From assembly GCA_963813535.1 (NCBI GenBank), contig CAWEZH010000002.1, positions 1,568,001 to 1,632,000 on the forward strand: a stretch of 64,000 nt of DNA, given 5' to 3'. Of the stretch, positions 8,816 through 19,821 are shown piece by piece. Under the pieces are notes generated by a model that searched no databases, was not told the origin of the DNA, and saw nothing but the letters and a program-made list of their open reading frames with translations. Every line of letters starts with the position of its first letter. Positions within the stretch are counted from its first letter, which is position 1. Origin of the DNA: an uncultured Chloroflexia bacterium (lineage in GTDB: Bacteria; Chloroflexota; Limnocylindria; Limnocylindrales; CSP1-4). Position numbers and translations under genes: made by a program.

Positions 8816-9903
8816 GCCCGAGGCGACTCCAGGGGCGCGGGGCGGTCGCAGCGCGACGCCACCGACTCCGCCTGCCCCGACGTGGTCGCCCGCTCGATCG
8901 CCAGCAGGACGTCGAGCACATGGAACGCGAGCTCGCCACTCGCGCGATGCGGCCGACCCGAGCGGATGCCGGCGATCAGGTCGGCCAGCCCGATGCCACG
9001 GCCCACCGTGCCGTCGAACCGGAGTGGCACGTCCTCCCAGCGGCCGGCGCCGAGCGGGCGGTAGCGCACCGCCCCGTCGAACCGATTCGGGTCGCCGAGG
9101 ATCAGCGACCCGGCCGTCCCGTGGATCTCGAAATGCGGTGCCTCGCTCGCGACGACGTCGAATGACGCGGTGAGGCCGCCCACGGCGCCTGAGGCGAAGT
9201 CGAGGGTCGCGAGGACCGTCGTCGGAACCTCCGCCGCGACCGTCGAGCCGGCCAGGGGCCCGGACCCGATCTGCCTTTCCGACCCGACGCCACGCCCGAT
9301 CGCCGCCACCGACGCGATCGGGCCCAGCAACGACACGAGCGCCGTCACGTAATACGGCCCGACATCCAGCAACGGCCCGCCACCGCTCGCGTAGAAGATA
9401 CCGGGGTTGGGATGCCACGACTCCGGCCCGAGGTGGGCCACCGACGCTGTGGCCGCGAGCGGCGTCCCGATCGCCCCTTCATCGATGAGCGCCCGCGCCG
9501 TCTGCAACCCGCCGCCGAGGAACGTGTCCGGCGCGGCGCCGACGCGGACGCGGACGCCACGCGCCTCTTCGAGGACCGTCCGCGCATCGTCGAGATCGGT
9601 CGCGAGCGGCTTCTCCGAGTACACGTGCTTCCCGGCCGCGATCGCTGCCCGTGAGACCGCCACGTGCGCGACCGGTGGCGTCAGCACGAGGACGACCTCG
9701 ATCGACGGATCCTCGATGAGCTGTTCCGGCGAAACGGCCGGGAACCCGCCGACCGCCGACAGCGCCGCGGCTCGCCCGCTATCGAGGTCGGCGCACGCCG
9801 CGAGCTCGATCGAGGCGAATGACGCACAACCGGGCAGGTACAGACTCGTCACGTCGCCGCAGCCGACGATCCCGACCCGGGCCGGCGGCGCGTCGGTGAT
9901 CAC
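8812..9903 (-). CDS. Gfo/Idh/MocA-family oxidoreductase
   Basis: VGIVGCG, GKHVYSEKP, APDTFLG, DVGPYY; GTG overlaps the upstream stop. Confidence 0.9.
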   Translation of the reverse strand: MITDAPPARVGIVGCGDVTSLYLPGCASFASIELAACADLDSGRAAALSAVGGFPAVSPEQLIEDPSIEVVLVLTPPVAHVAVSRAAIAAGKHVYSEKPLATDLDDARTVLEEARGVRVRVGAAPDTFLGGGLQTARALIDEGAIGTPLAATASVAHLGPESWHPNPGIFYASGGGPLLDVGPYYVTALVSLLGPIASVAAIGRGVGSERQIGSGPLAGSTVAAEVPTTVLATLDFASGAVGGLTASFDVVASEAPHFEIHGTAGSLILGDPNRFDGAVRYRPLGAGRWEDVPLRFDGTVGRGIGLADLIAGIRSGRPHRASGELAFHVLDVLLAIERATTSGQAESVASRCDRPAPLESPRA

Positions 9904-10718
9904 GAGGGCCGCGCGCGGCCGAGCCCTCGCCCGACCAGGTTCGCGACGCTCTCGCGCACGCCGTCGATCGGCGCGCCGTCGATATGGTCGAACTCGACGA
10001 TCAGCCACTCGACGGACCCGGCGGCCTGCGCGGCCTCGATCGATGCAGCAGGATCCACGACGCCGCTGCCTACGGGCACGTTCACGAACGTCGCGTCGTC
10101 GTACGCCGATGCAGGCAGGTCTGTGCCGTCCTTGATGTGCAACGACACCACCCGCCGACCCAGACCGGTGATGATCTCGGCCGGGTCGGCGCCCCCGACG
10201 ACGGCCCAGAAGATGTCGACCTGGAAATCGACCGCATCGCCGAGACCGGCCGCCAACCGATCGATGACGCGCGCGCCGTCGACCGGCGCCATCTCCCGGT
10301 CGTGGTTGTGCAGCCCGAGCCGCAGTCCATGGTCGGCGGCCACCCGCGCCGCGCCCCCGAGCCGATCGATCAGCGACGCGACCGCGTCGAGCGTGTCGCT
10401 CACCCGTGGACTGACGATGATCCGGCCCGCCCCGAGCTCGGCGATCGACCCGGCCGCCCGGCCGAACGCGTCGGCATCATCGATGTCCGCCCAGCTGTGG
10501 GCACTCGTCACGGCCAGGCCGAGGTCGTCCAGCACGCGCCGAGCCGCGGCGGGGTCGCCGCCGGGTACGTCGACCGTCTCGACACCGAGCACGCCCGCCT
10601 CGGCGATGGAACCGAGCGTCGCCGGGTCGAGCCCGAGACCCGCCCCGCCGAAGCGTGCGGGATCGCGGAAGGTGTAGAGCTGGACGCCGAGCGGGAGCGG
10701 CCTCGACGCCTCAGCCAC
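9900..10718 (-). CDS. Sugar phosphate isomerase/epimerase (xylose-isomerase-like TIM barrel)
   Basis: GVQLYT, LHNH, QVDIFW, LHIKD, VGSG, IVEFD. Confidence 0.88.
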   Translation of the reverse strand: MAEASRPLPLGVQLYTFRDPARFGGAGLGLDPATLGSIAEAGVLGVETVDVPGGDPAAARRVLDDLGLAVTSAHSWADIDDADAFGRAAGSIAELGAGRIIVSPRVSDTLDAVASLIDRLGGAARVAADHGLRLGLHNHDREMAPVDGARVIDRLAAGLGDAVDFQVDIFWAVVGGADPAEIITGLGRRVVSLHIKDGTDLPASAYDDATFVNVPVGSGVVDPAASIEAAQAAGSVEWLIVEFDHIDGAPIDGVRESVANLVGRGLGRARPS

Positions 10719-11115
10719 GCCCGTGCAGCAACCCGCCGACGTGCTCGAGCAGCTTCCAGGCGACCTCCGCGTCGCCCTTCACGAACGCTCGGAAATCCCA
10801 GAAGGTCATCACGAGCGTGCGCAGGTCGGTGGTCGCCGTCACGGTCGCCGTCCGAACTCGATCGCTGATCAGCGCGACCTCGCCGAAGTAGCTTCCCGGA
10901 CCGACCTTGTCGACCTCCTTTCCGCCGACGGTCACGACCCCCTCGCCTTCGACGACGACGAAGAAGCCCATGCCGTGGCTATCGCCCTCCCGGACGACCT
11001 CGCTGCCGGCTGGGAACGTGCGTTCAGAGAAATCACGGGCAAGGCGTTCCAGATCCTTCTTGTCAAGGCTGGAGAGCAGCGGGACCTTGGCCAGCAGCTC
11101 GGTGGTCTCGGACAT
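10711..11115 (-). CDS. Stand-alone cyclic-nucleotide-binding domain protein
   Basis: VVREGD...FFVVVEG...FGEVALI...RTATVTA; no HTH domain. Confidence 0.88.
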   Translation of the reverse strand: MSETTELLAKVPLLSSLDKKDLERLARDFSERTFPAGSEVVREGDSHGMGFFVVVEGEGVVTVGGKEVDKVGPGSYFGEVALISDRVRTATVTATTDLRTLVMTFWDFRAFVKGDAEVAWKLLEHVGGLLHGRG

Positions 11116-11142
11116 GACGGTCTCCAGTGCTGTCGCCGACTA

Positions 11143-12468
11143 TCAGCGCGAACTATCACCGTTCCGCGTTCGCGCGGCGAGCCGGTCCTGCAGGCGGAAC
11201 CACTCCCCGGCGAACGGCATGAACCATGGCCGCCCCTCGTAGGGCGCCGGAACCAACGGGAAACGCAGGCGCGTGAGTGCCGGCGCCTCGCCGCCGGAAA
11301 GCCATGACCCGACCTTGGTGCCGAGGTTCGTCATCAGCGCGACGCCGGTCCCGCAGCAGCCCATCGCGTAGGTCACGCCATCGTTCGTCCGGCCGACGTG
11401 CGGCATCCGGTCGAACGTGAAGCCCACGTTGCCACCCCAGGCGTACTCGATCCGGTGATCGGCCATCTGCGGATGGACCTCGATCAGCCCGCGCCACAGG
11501 ATCTCGGCGGTCCGGTCGATGGTGGTCGGCATGAACGACGCGCGACCGCCGAACACCATCCGCCGGTCCGCTGACACATGCCAGTAGTAGAGGAAGTTCT
11601 TCGTGTCGAAGAATGCCCGGCCCTTCGGCGACAGCTCGCGCGCGAGGGCGTCGGGCAGCGGCTCGGACGCGATGATGTACGAGCCGATCGGGATGATCCG
11701 GCGGCGGAGCGATGGGACGACGCCGTCGGTATAGCCGTTCGTCGCGACGAACACGTCGCGGGCGCGGATGTCGCCCCGCTCCGTCGCCACGACGAAGGCA
11801 CCGTCCCGGCGCCGTATCGAGCGCGCCCTGACACCCTCGTGCAGATCGGCACCGGCCGTGTCGGCGGCGGCGGCCAGCCCCGCGAAGTAGCGACCCGGGT
11901 GGAGCAGTCCGCTGCCCTCGACGGCAAGCGCCCCGAAATAGGCGTCACTCCCGATCTCTTCCCGGATCCGATCGCGGGGCACGACCGTCGAGCTGACGCC
12001 GACCGATGCGAGGCTCTCGCGCGCATGCTCGAGCTCGGGCGCGTGCGCCGGGGCATAGGCGAGCTCGAGATGGCCGACCTCGCGGAAGTCGCAATCGATC
12101 GCCTCCTCGACGATCAACCGCTTCACGAGCTCGTACGAGTCGAGCGTCTCCTGATAGAGCGACTTGCCGGTCTCCGGTCCGTAGCGCTTGATGAGCTGGC
12201 GGGCGCTCCACTTGTAGCCGCCATGGACGATGCCACCGTTCCGTGTCGACGCACCCCAACCGAGGGTACGTGCCTCCAGCAGCGTGACCCCCACTCCCCG
12301 GCGTGCGAGCTCTCGCGCGGCGGTGATCCCGGCATAGCCCCCGCCGACGACCACGACATCGGTACTCGCCGGGAGCGGCCGCCCAGAGCGATCGGGCAGC
12401 GCCGCCATCGACGCCTGCCAGAACGGACGGCGCTCGAAGTCGTCGTTGAGTGGTGGTGTGGCCGCCAT
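11143..12468 (-). CDS. FAD-dependent oxidoreductase (PuuB/gamma-glutamylputrescine oxidase-like)
   Basis: VVVGGGYAG, GASTRNGG, ATNGY, FGGR, YAWGG, PHVG. Confidence 0.85.
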   Translation of the reverse strand: MAATPPLNDDFERRPFWQASMAALPDRSGRPLPASTDVVVVGGGYAGITAARELARRGVGVTLLEARTLGWGASTRNGGIVHGGYKWSARQLIKRYGPETGKSLYQETLDSYELVKRLIVEEAIDCDFREVGHLELAYAPAHAPELEHARESLASVGVSSTVVPRDRIREEIGSDAYFGALAVEGSGLLHPGRYFAGLAAAADTAGADLHEGVRARSIRRRDGAFVVATERGDIRARDVFVATNGYTDGVVPSLRRRIIPIGSYIIASEPLPDALARELSPKGRAFFDTKNFLYYWHVSADRRMVFGGRASFMPTTIDRTAEILWRGLIEVHPQMADHRIEYAWGGNVGFTFDRMPHVGRTNDGVTYAMGCCGTGVALMTNLGTKVGSWLSGGEAPALTRLRFPLVPAPYEGRPWFMPFAGEWFRLQDRLAARTRNGDSSR

Positions 12469-12535
12469 CGCCGCGAGCGTACCGGAGCCGTTCGTCCGTC
12501 ACCGCGGCACCGCGCACGCGCGACGCCCGGCGGCG

Positions 12536-13912
12536 TCAGGTTCGGATGAGCGCCGGAGCCTCGTACGCGACCCTTCCGGCCGCCATCGTCAACAGGACTC
12601 GGCCCGACAACTGCATCCCGAGCAGTGGCGAGTTCTTGCCCTTGGACGCGAGCGCCTCGGTCGTCACCGTCCAGCGCTCGGATCGGTCGAAGATCACGAG
12701 ATCGGCCGGCTCGCCCTCGACCAGCTCGCGACGACGACCGATCACCGACGCCGGACCGACCGTGAGCGCCCTGATCGCCTGTGCGAGTGTCAGGCGGCCG
12801 GCGTCCACCGCGGCGAGCACCAGGCCGAGTGCCGTTTCGATGCCGCTGATCCCGCTCGACGCGAGGCCGAACTCGACCGCCTTGTCGACCTCCGTGTGCG
12901 GGGCGTGGTCGGTGGCGATCGCGTCCGCCGTTCCGTCGGCGAGGGCGGCGATGCACGCGAGGGCGTCGATCGGCGTGCGCACCGGCGGATTGACCCGTAG
13001 CGACGTCCCGTACGGGGCCGCGACGATCGCCCCGTCCCCCCACGGATCGCCCTCGGGCCCCGCATCCCACGAGAAGCGCCGCGCCCCGGCGACCCACTCG
13101 TCGCTCAGTGCGAGGTGATGCGGCGTGACATCGCACGACACGGGGAGCCCGGTGGTCTTGGCGCGGCGCACGAGTTCCAGCGAGCCGGCCGTCGAGATAT
13201 GCGTCAGGTGCAAGCGTGCGCGTGGCACGTCGCGGACGACGTCGGCGAGGATCGCCACGTCCCGAGCGACCGCCGTCTCCTCGGCCGAGGCCGGCCAGCC
13301 GCGGAGACCCAGCACGGTCGCCACGAGGCCGTCGTTCGCCTCGGCCCCGTCGGTCTGGGTCGCATCCTCAGCATGATCGACGATGGGCAGCCCGAACGCC
13401 CCCGCGTATGCCAGCGCGTTGCGCAGGATGCCCGCGGTTCGGACGGGCGCCCCATCGTCCGAGTAGCCGACCACGCCGGCATCGGCCAGCTCGCCCAGGG
13501 CGGCGAGGGTCTCGCCCGCCCGCCCGGTGCTGACCGCGCCGTAGGCCAGCAGTTCGACCGGCGAGCCGGACGCCTCGGCAGCGGCTCGGACCGCCGCCAG
13601 GACACCGGGCTCATCGAGCGCGGGCGTCGTGTTGGGCATGGCACAGACCGTCGTGAACCCGCCATGTGCCGCGGCCGCCAGCCCGCTCGCCACGGTCTCG
13701 GCATCCTCGTTGCCTGGCTCCCGGAGGTGGGCGTGCAGGTCGAGGAACCCCGGCGCGACGACGACGCCGCCCGAATCGACCTCTGCCGCGTCGTCACCCT
13801 CCAACCAGGTGATCGCCTCGAGGACCCCGTCACGGACGACGATTTCGGCAGGACCCTCCCTGCCGCCGGCCGGGTCGACCACCCAGACGCGGCTCAGGTC
13901 GAGATCGGTCAT
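12536..13912 (-). CDS. pyrC: Dihydroorotase (type I)
   Basis: DLHAHLREPG, GGFTTVCAMPNT, ATDHAPH, GKNSP. Confidence 0.95.
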   Translation of the reverse strand: MTDLDLSRVWVVDPAGGREGPAEIVVRDGVLEAITWLEGDDAAEVDSGGVVVAPGFLDLHAHLREPGNEDAETVASGLAAAAHGGFTTVCAMPNTTPALDEPGVLAAVRAAAEASGSPVELLAYGAVSTGRAGETLAALGELADAGVVGYSDDGAPVRTAGILRNALAYAGAFGLPIVDHAEDATQTDGAEANDGLVATVLGLRGWPASAEETAVARDVAILADVVRDVPRARLHLTHISTAGSLELVRRAKTTGLPVSCDVTPHHLALSDEWVAGARRFSWDAGPEGDPWGDGAIVAAPYGTSLRVNPPVRTPIDALACIAALADGTADAIATDHAPHTEVDKAVEFGLASSGISGIETALGLVLAAVDAGRLTLAQAIRALTVGPASVIGRRRELVEGEPADLVIFDRSERWTVTTEALASKGKNSPLLGMQLSGRVLLTMAAGRVAYEAPALIRT

Positions 13913-13916
13913 CGCC

Positions 13917-15605
<1,689 letters not shown>

Positions 15606-15646
15606 CCGCGGCCCACGCCCCGAGCGGGAGCGTCGCTCAGTGAGCG

Positions 15647-16204
15647 TCAGTAGACGTGAACGGTGACCTTCGTCACGCCGCTCCAGGAGGGGCAGCCACA
15701 GATCGCGAAGAAGTCCGGGCGATAGAGGTCGACGATGCGCTCCGGAGCCTGCGGCCCGTAATCGGTCACCACCCGCTCGACGCAGCCGCCGTCGCCACAG
15801 ATGACGACGACCGTTCCCCGCGGGAGGCGCATCGCGGTCGTCCCGTGGTCGTAGAAGGTCGCCTCGCCCGTGATCGAGTACTTCGGTGGCTTGCGGGCGG
15901 ACGCAGCCGCGCTCTCGGGCTGATCCACGTTGACGCGGTCGGCCGGTCCACTCTCAGGTGCCTCGCCCGGTTCGAAGAACGTCGTCTCGGCGTCGACGAT
16001 GCCACCCGATCGATCGGCACGGTCAAGCCCCGCGATCATGATCGGCGATCGCGAGTCGGACGCGGGGATCGAATACGGCTGGAACGCTCCGGCGGGGACT
16101 GGTTCCACCGCGCTGGGGACGCGGGAACCGGCCAGACCCGGTAGCGATACCAGGGCGAGGGCGGTGCTGATCACCGACCCTACGACCAACCATCTTGGTC
16201 GCAC
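15647..16204 (-). CDS. Exported RlpA-like (DPBB-domain) protein
   Basis: Signal-like N-terminus; ATFY...A..LPRGT.V.I....V.V.DYGP...RIVDL pattern. Confidence 0.6.
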   Translation of the reverse strand: MRPRWLVVGSVISTALALVSLPGLAGSRVPSAVEPVPAGAFQPYSIPASDSRSPIMIAGLDRADRSGGIVDAETTFFEPGEAPESGPADRVNVDQPESAAASARKPPKYSITGEATFYDHGTTAMRLPRGTVVVICGDGGCVERVVTDYGPQAPERIVDLYRPDFFAICGCPSWSGVTKVTVHVY

Positions 16205-16272
16205 GATAGGGCGGGAACGATACGACGCCCGGGGGCCTTATGCCAACCCCGTCGACCCGATGGGACCGCAGA

Positions 16273-18030
16273 TCAGCGGATGACGACGGGATCCTCGCCT
16301 GGACTGCTCTCGACGATGCCGACGTCGGTCTTGGACCACGCGGCGATCTGGACGCGGCTCCCCTCGCCGCCCTGACCGCGCGGCGTCGCCCAGGCCAGGC
16401 GGCCGTCGCCGATCGAGAAACCGGGCAATGCCGGCACATCGTCCGGGGCGCCGTCGACGTGCTCGAGGCGCGTCTGCTCCCGGTCGACGTGGAACAGCGT
16501 CAGCCGGCCGACCACCGGATCGTCCCGGTCGGCCAGCCACACGGCGACCCACTCACCGGTCTCGTCCCAGCGGACATCGAAGTCGCCCGGCGCGGCGTCG
16601 GTCACGACGCGGGACAGGTCGGCGCCGTCCGCCGGACCGGGGCCTTCGGCAGACCACGTCCGAAGCTCGAGTGCACCGTCCGCGGGCGCCCAGGTCGCCC
16701 CGTCCCTGGCCCGGGTCAGCCGCCCGTCCCAGACGATCGCCAACTCGCTGGTGGGGTCGACGGCCGGCCGCCAGACGTAGCCTGCGTCCGTCTCGTCACC
16801 GCTCGCCGGGTCGATCGAGACGCTCATCGCATCCGGCTCCGCGGTCGACGCATCGTCGGGTCGACTGACGATGAGCCTGTCGCCGGCCCACGAGGCGAAG
16901 TACGAGTCGCCATCGTCGGTGATGGCCTGTGCCTTCTCGTCCCCGACCCGCCAGGTGTAGACGTCCGTTCCCTCGGAGGCATCCGCCAGGCGTGCCGTGA
17001 AGGCGAACCAGTTGCCGTCGGGCGAGAACGCCGCCGATTCCCCGACGACCTGGATGCCGCTTGCGATGGCGAGCACCGCGGCGGCCGTCTCGGTCGGCGT
17101 CGCACTCGGCTCGATCGAGGCGACCGGCGACTCCGCCGGAGCGCTCGGGACTGCGGCAGTGTCGGTCGGCTCCGCGGACGACGATGCCGCGGCACTTGGC
17201 GGCGGCTCGGACGTTGCCTCGGCTGTGGGGACTGCAGACGCCGACGCCGCAGCGCTCGCGTTGGCGGCCGGCGTGGGTCGTGCGGTGCGTTCGGGCAGGG
17301 CGACGACGACGACCTCATCGCCGGCATCGGCGGTCCTGGAGATGGCGATCGCCTGGCGCTGGGTGGGCGAACCGACGATCGACTTCGGCGTGTTGTCGAG
17401 CGCCAGGAGTCGGCGGTCGGCATCGCGCACGGCCGGGCAATCCGCCGCGCCGTCGGATGGGCACACCTCGTCCACCGCAACGCGGTAGTAGCGACTGTCC
17501 CGTCCGTCGATCCAGCCGACGTCGCCGACGTTGGGGACGACGATCGGGGTGGGCTGGACCGGGGTCGGCTGGGTGGGCGCCGCCGATACGTCACTCGATC
17601 CTTCGCTCCCTGGCTGCCCCTCGCCTGTCACGCCGCCCTGGTAGACGGGGATGCTCCCGGACATCAGGCTGACGCCGACCACGATGGCGACGACGGTCAG
17701 CCCGGACAGGGCGCCGACCGGAAGGCTCCGCAGGCCCCTTCGGGAAGCAGTCGCCCCGGATCCGGCCTCGATCGCGGCGGCCGTGCGTGCCCACATGTCG
17801 CGGGGCGGTTCCGGTGCCGATTCGCGGAGAGCACGGAGCGCGAGACGATCATCGTCGTAGCTCGAGGCGATCGCGGAACACGACGTGCAGCCGGCGAGGT
17901 GCTCGTCGAGCCACGCCGACTCACTCGGCGCCAGGACCATGTCCATCCGCTCCGCGAGCCGAGTCTTGGCACGTTCGTGCGCGTCGGAGCGATCATCGGG
18001 CCGGCGCCGCAACCGGGAGAACCGGCTCAC
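16273..18030 (-). CDS. Zinc-binding anti-sigma factor with TM helix and extracytoplasmic TolB-like beta-propeller
   Basis: HLAGCTSC (HxxxCxxC), TM helix, AFSPDGNWFAF repeat; overlaps the sigma gene stop. Confidence 0.85.
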   Translation of the reverse strand: MSRFSRLRRRPDDRSDAHERAKTRLAERMDMVLAPSESAWLDEHLAGCTSCSAIASSYDDDRLALRALRESAPEPPRDMWARTAAAIEAGSGATASRRGLRSLPVGALSGLTVVAIVVGVSLMSGSIPVYQGGVTGEGQPGSEGSSDVSAAPTQPTPVQPTPIVVPNVGDVGWIDGRDSRYYRVAVDEVCPSDGAADCPAVRDADRRLLALDNTPKSIVGSPTQRQAIAISRTADAGDEVVVVALPERTARPTPAANASAAASASAVPTAEATSEPPPSAAASSSAEPTDTAAVPSAPAESPVASIEPSATPTETAAAVLAIASGIQVVGESAAFSPDGNWFAFTARLADASEGTDVYTWRVGDEKAQAITDDGDSYFASWAGDRLIVSRPDDASTAEPDAMSVSIDPASGDETDAGYVWRPAVDPTSELAIVWDGRLTRARDGATWAPADGALELRTWSAEGPGPADGADLSRVVTDAAPGDFDVRWDETGEWVAVWLADRDDPVVGRLTLFHVDREQTRLEHVDGAPDDVPALPGFSIGDGRLAWATPRGQGGEGSRVQIAAWSKTDVGIVESSPGEDPVVIR

Positions 18031-18695
18031 CGATCCAACCCCGCCGTGCGACCGGTTTCGCGCGCGGCATCCCTGGCCGTCTCCGCGGCGGCATCAGCTT
18101 CCCGTTCCGCGGCGAGCGCCTGGCGCAGGGACTCACGGGCTCGTGTGAGCAGGGCCCGCGCCGCCACGTGGCTCACGCCCAGGGCTGCAGCGAGCTCGAG
18201 CCCCGTCAGGTCGTGGAGCTCGGCGAGCAGCAACGCGGCGCGCTGGCGCTCCGGGATCCTGGCGAGTGCCCGCTGGAGATCGCCGGACAGGCGCGTGTCC
18301 ATGACCAGATGCTCGGCAGAGGGTGCGGATCCACGCGACTCGCCGGTCCACGGCAGGAACCGGACGATCTTGCGTCGGCGGATCTCGTCGAGCGCGACAC
18401 GATGGGCGATCTGGTACAGCCACGCCCGGGCGTTCTCGGGCTTCTCGAGCGTGTCGTAGTTCTTGTACGCCTTGACGAATGCGTCCTGCGTCATGTCCGC
18501 GGCCACCTCGCCGTCGCGCATCATGCGGAAGAGGTATGCGTAGATCTCGCCGTGGTGCTTGGCGAACAACTCTTCGATGAAGGCGCCGGCCTCGTCGCGA
18601 TCCCAGACGCCGCTCATGGCGCGGCCCCGGTCGAACCCGATGGCAGGGCGGCCGAATGTGTCGTGGATCTTCGTCGTGGATCGGTCGATGGCCAC
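18027..18695 (-). CDS. ECF sigma-70 factor
   Basis: DMTQDAFVKA, AWLYQIAHR, region 4 LARIPERQRAALLL...ELAAALG. Confidence 0.92.
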   Translation of the reverse strand: MAIDRSTTKIHDTFGRPAIGFDRGRAMSGVWDRDEAGAFIEELFAKHHGEIYAYLFRMMRDGEVAADMTQDAFVKAYKNYDTLEKPENARAWLYQIAHRVALDEIRRRKIVRFLPWTGESRGSAPSAEHLVMDTRLSGDLQRALARIPERQRAALLLAELHDLTGLELAAALGVSHVAARALLTRARESLRQALAAEREADAAAETARDAARETGRTAGLDR

Positions 18696-18760
18696 GGTCG
18701 CTCCGGGCGGGCTAGATCAGGGAACGCACGGTGGGGGGTACGCACGCTCGATGCGCCAGA

Positions 18761-18787
18761 GACGAGGCATCTCCCCCCGTTGTGACG
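18761..18787 (-). promoter_or_regulatory. Putative ECF-type autoregulatory promoter GTCACA-N16-CGTC
   Basis: Minus strand reads cGTCACA acggggggagatgcct CGTC, about 65 nt upstream of the sigma gene. Confidence 0.5.
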
Positions 18788-18813
18788 CTCATCGCGCCCA
18801 GGCCCGGCCCACG

Positions 18814-19815
18814 TCAACCCGATCCACCTCCCTCGGGACCGGCGCGGCCGAGTAGCTCCTCCACCGCGTCCTCCGGTGAGACGGGGTTCACGGGGAGGCC
18901 GGTTCCCAACTCGAGACCGGCGATCTCACGCAACCGAGGATGGATCTCCCAATGCCAGTGATAGGTCCCGTCGACCTGCTCGCGGAGCGGCGCAGTGTGG
19001 AGCACCAAGTTGTAGGGCGGTCCGTCGAGCGCACGTGCGAGGTTAGCGAGGACCTGTCGCAGGGCCTCGGCCGTGGCCTTGATATCGGCGCTCGTGGCGC
19101 GCGCGAAGTCGGCGTCGTGCCGGCGGGGCACGATCCAGATCTCGAACGGCGAGCGCGACGCGTACGGGGCGAAGGCCACGCTGGCGTCGTCCTCCCAGAC
19201 GAGCCGATCCGAGCGCACGGTCTCTTCCCGAACAAGCCGGCAGAACGGACACTCCCCCTCGCGGATCACGAACCTCGCCGCCCCGCCCAGCTCCTCGGCG
19301 ATGCGGTGCGGGATCTGCGGCAAGTCGTAGAGGTCCAGGCAGAGGTGATTGGTCCTGGCGCCGGCCTGGATCCCCCAGTTCTGGACGACCGTCAGGTACT
19401 CGGTCTGCGGGTCGTTCTTCGCCTCGGCAAGCGCGTCGCGAGCACCGGTGATCAGCCCCTCGATCAGGTCGGTGCCGACGGTATGGAGCGGTCGGTGCTC
19501 GGTCGTCGGGGCGATGACGGTGCGCCAGGAGCCGGTCGCGCGCGCCTGCGCCAGCGACACCTGGGCGAGCCCGTGCTCACGATCGAGCTCGCGGGCCTGG
19601 TCGTCGGTACCGACCACATGGAACGCGAATTCCTTGAGCATGCGCGTCCGAACGCCGTCACCCGGCACGGCGCAGTTGCTGCAGCCGAACAGGCGGTCGT
19701 CGACCGGTTCGGCCGCCCGTGCGAAGCGATCGCGGTGGAACGCCCGATCGACCACCGTGGCGACCCACCAGCTCGTGATCGGATCCTTGCGCAGCTCGAA
19801 CAGGCCGCTCGCCAT
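18814..19815 (-). CDS. GalT/HIT-superfamily nucleotidyltransferase homolog with altered active site
   Basis: ELRKDPI, ECPFC, FAPYASRSPFE, PYNLVLH, YHWHWEI, GLELGTG, PEDA; the HPHxQ motif reads HLCLD. Confidence 0.85.
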   Translation of the reverse strand: MASGLFELRKDPITSWWVATVVDRAFHRDRFARAAEPVDDRLFGCSNCAVPGDGVRTRMLKEFAFHVVGTDDQARELDREHGLAQVSLAQARATGSWRTVIAPTTEHRPLHTVGTDLIEGLITGARDALAEAKNDPQTEYLTVVQNWGIQAGARTNHLCLDLYDLPQIPHRIAEELGGAARFVIREGECPFCRLVREETVRSDRLVWEDDASVAFAPYASRSPFEIWIVPRRHDADFARATSADIKATAEALRQVLANLARALDGPPYNLVLHTAPLREQVDGTYHWHWEIHPRLREIAGLELGTGLPVNPVSPEDAVEELLGRAGPEGGGSG

Positions 19816-19821
19816 GGCCGG

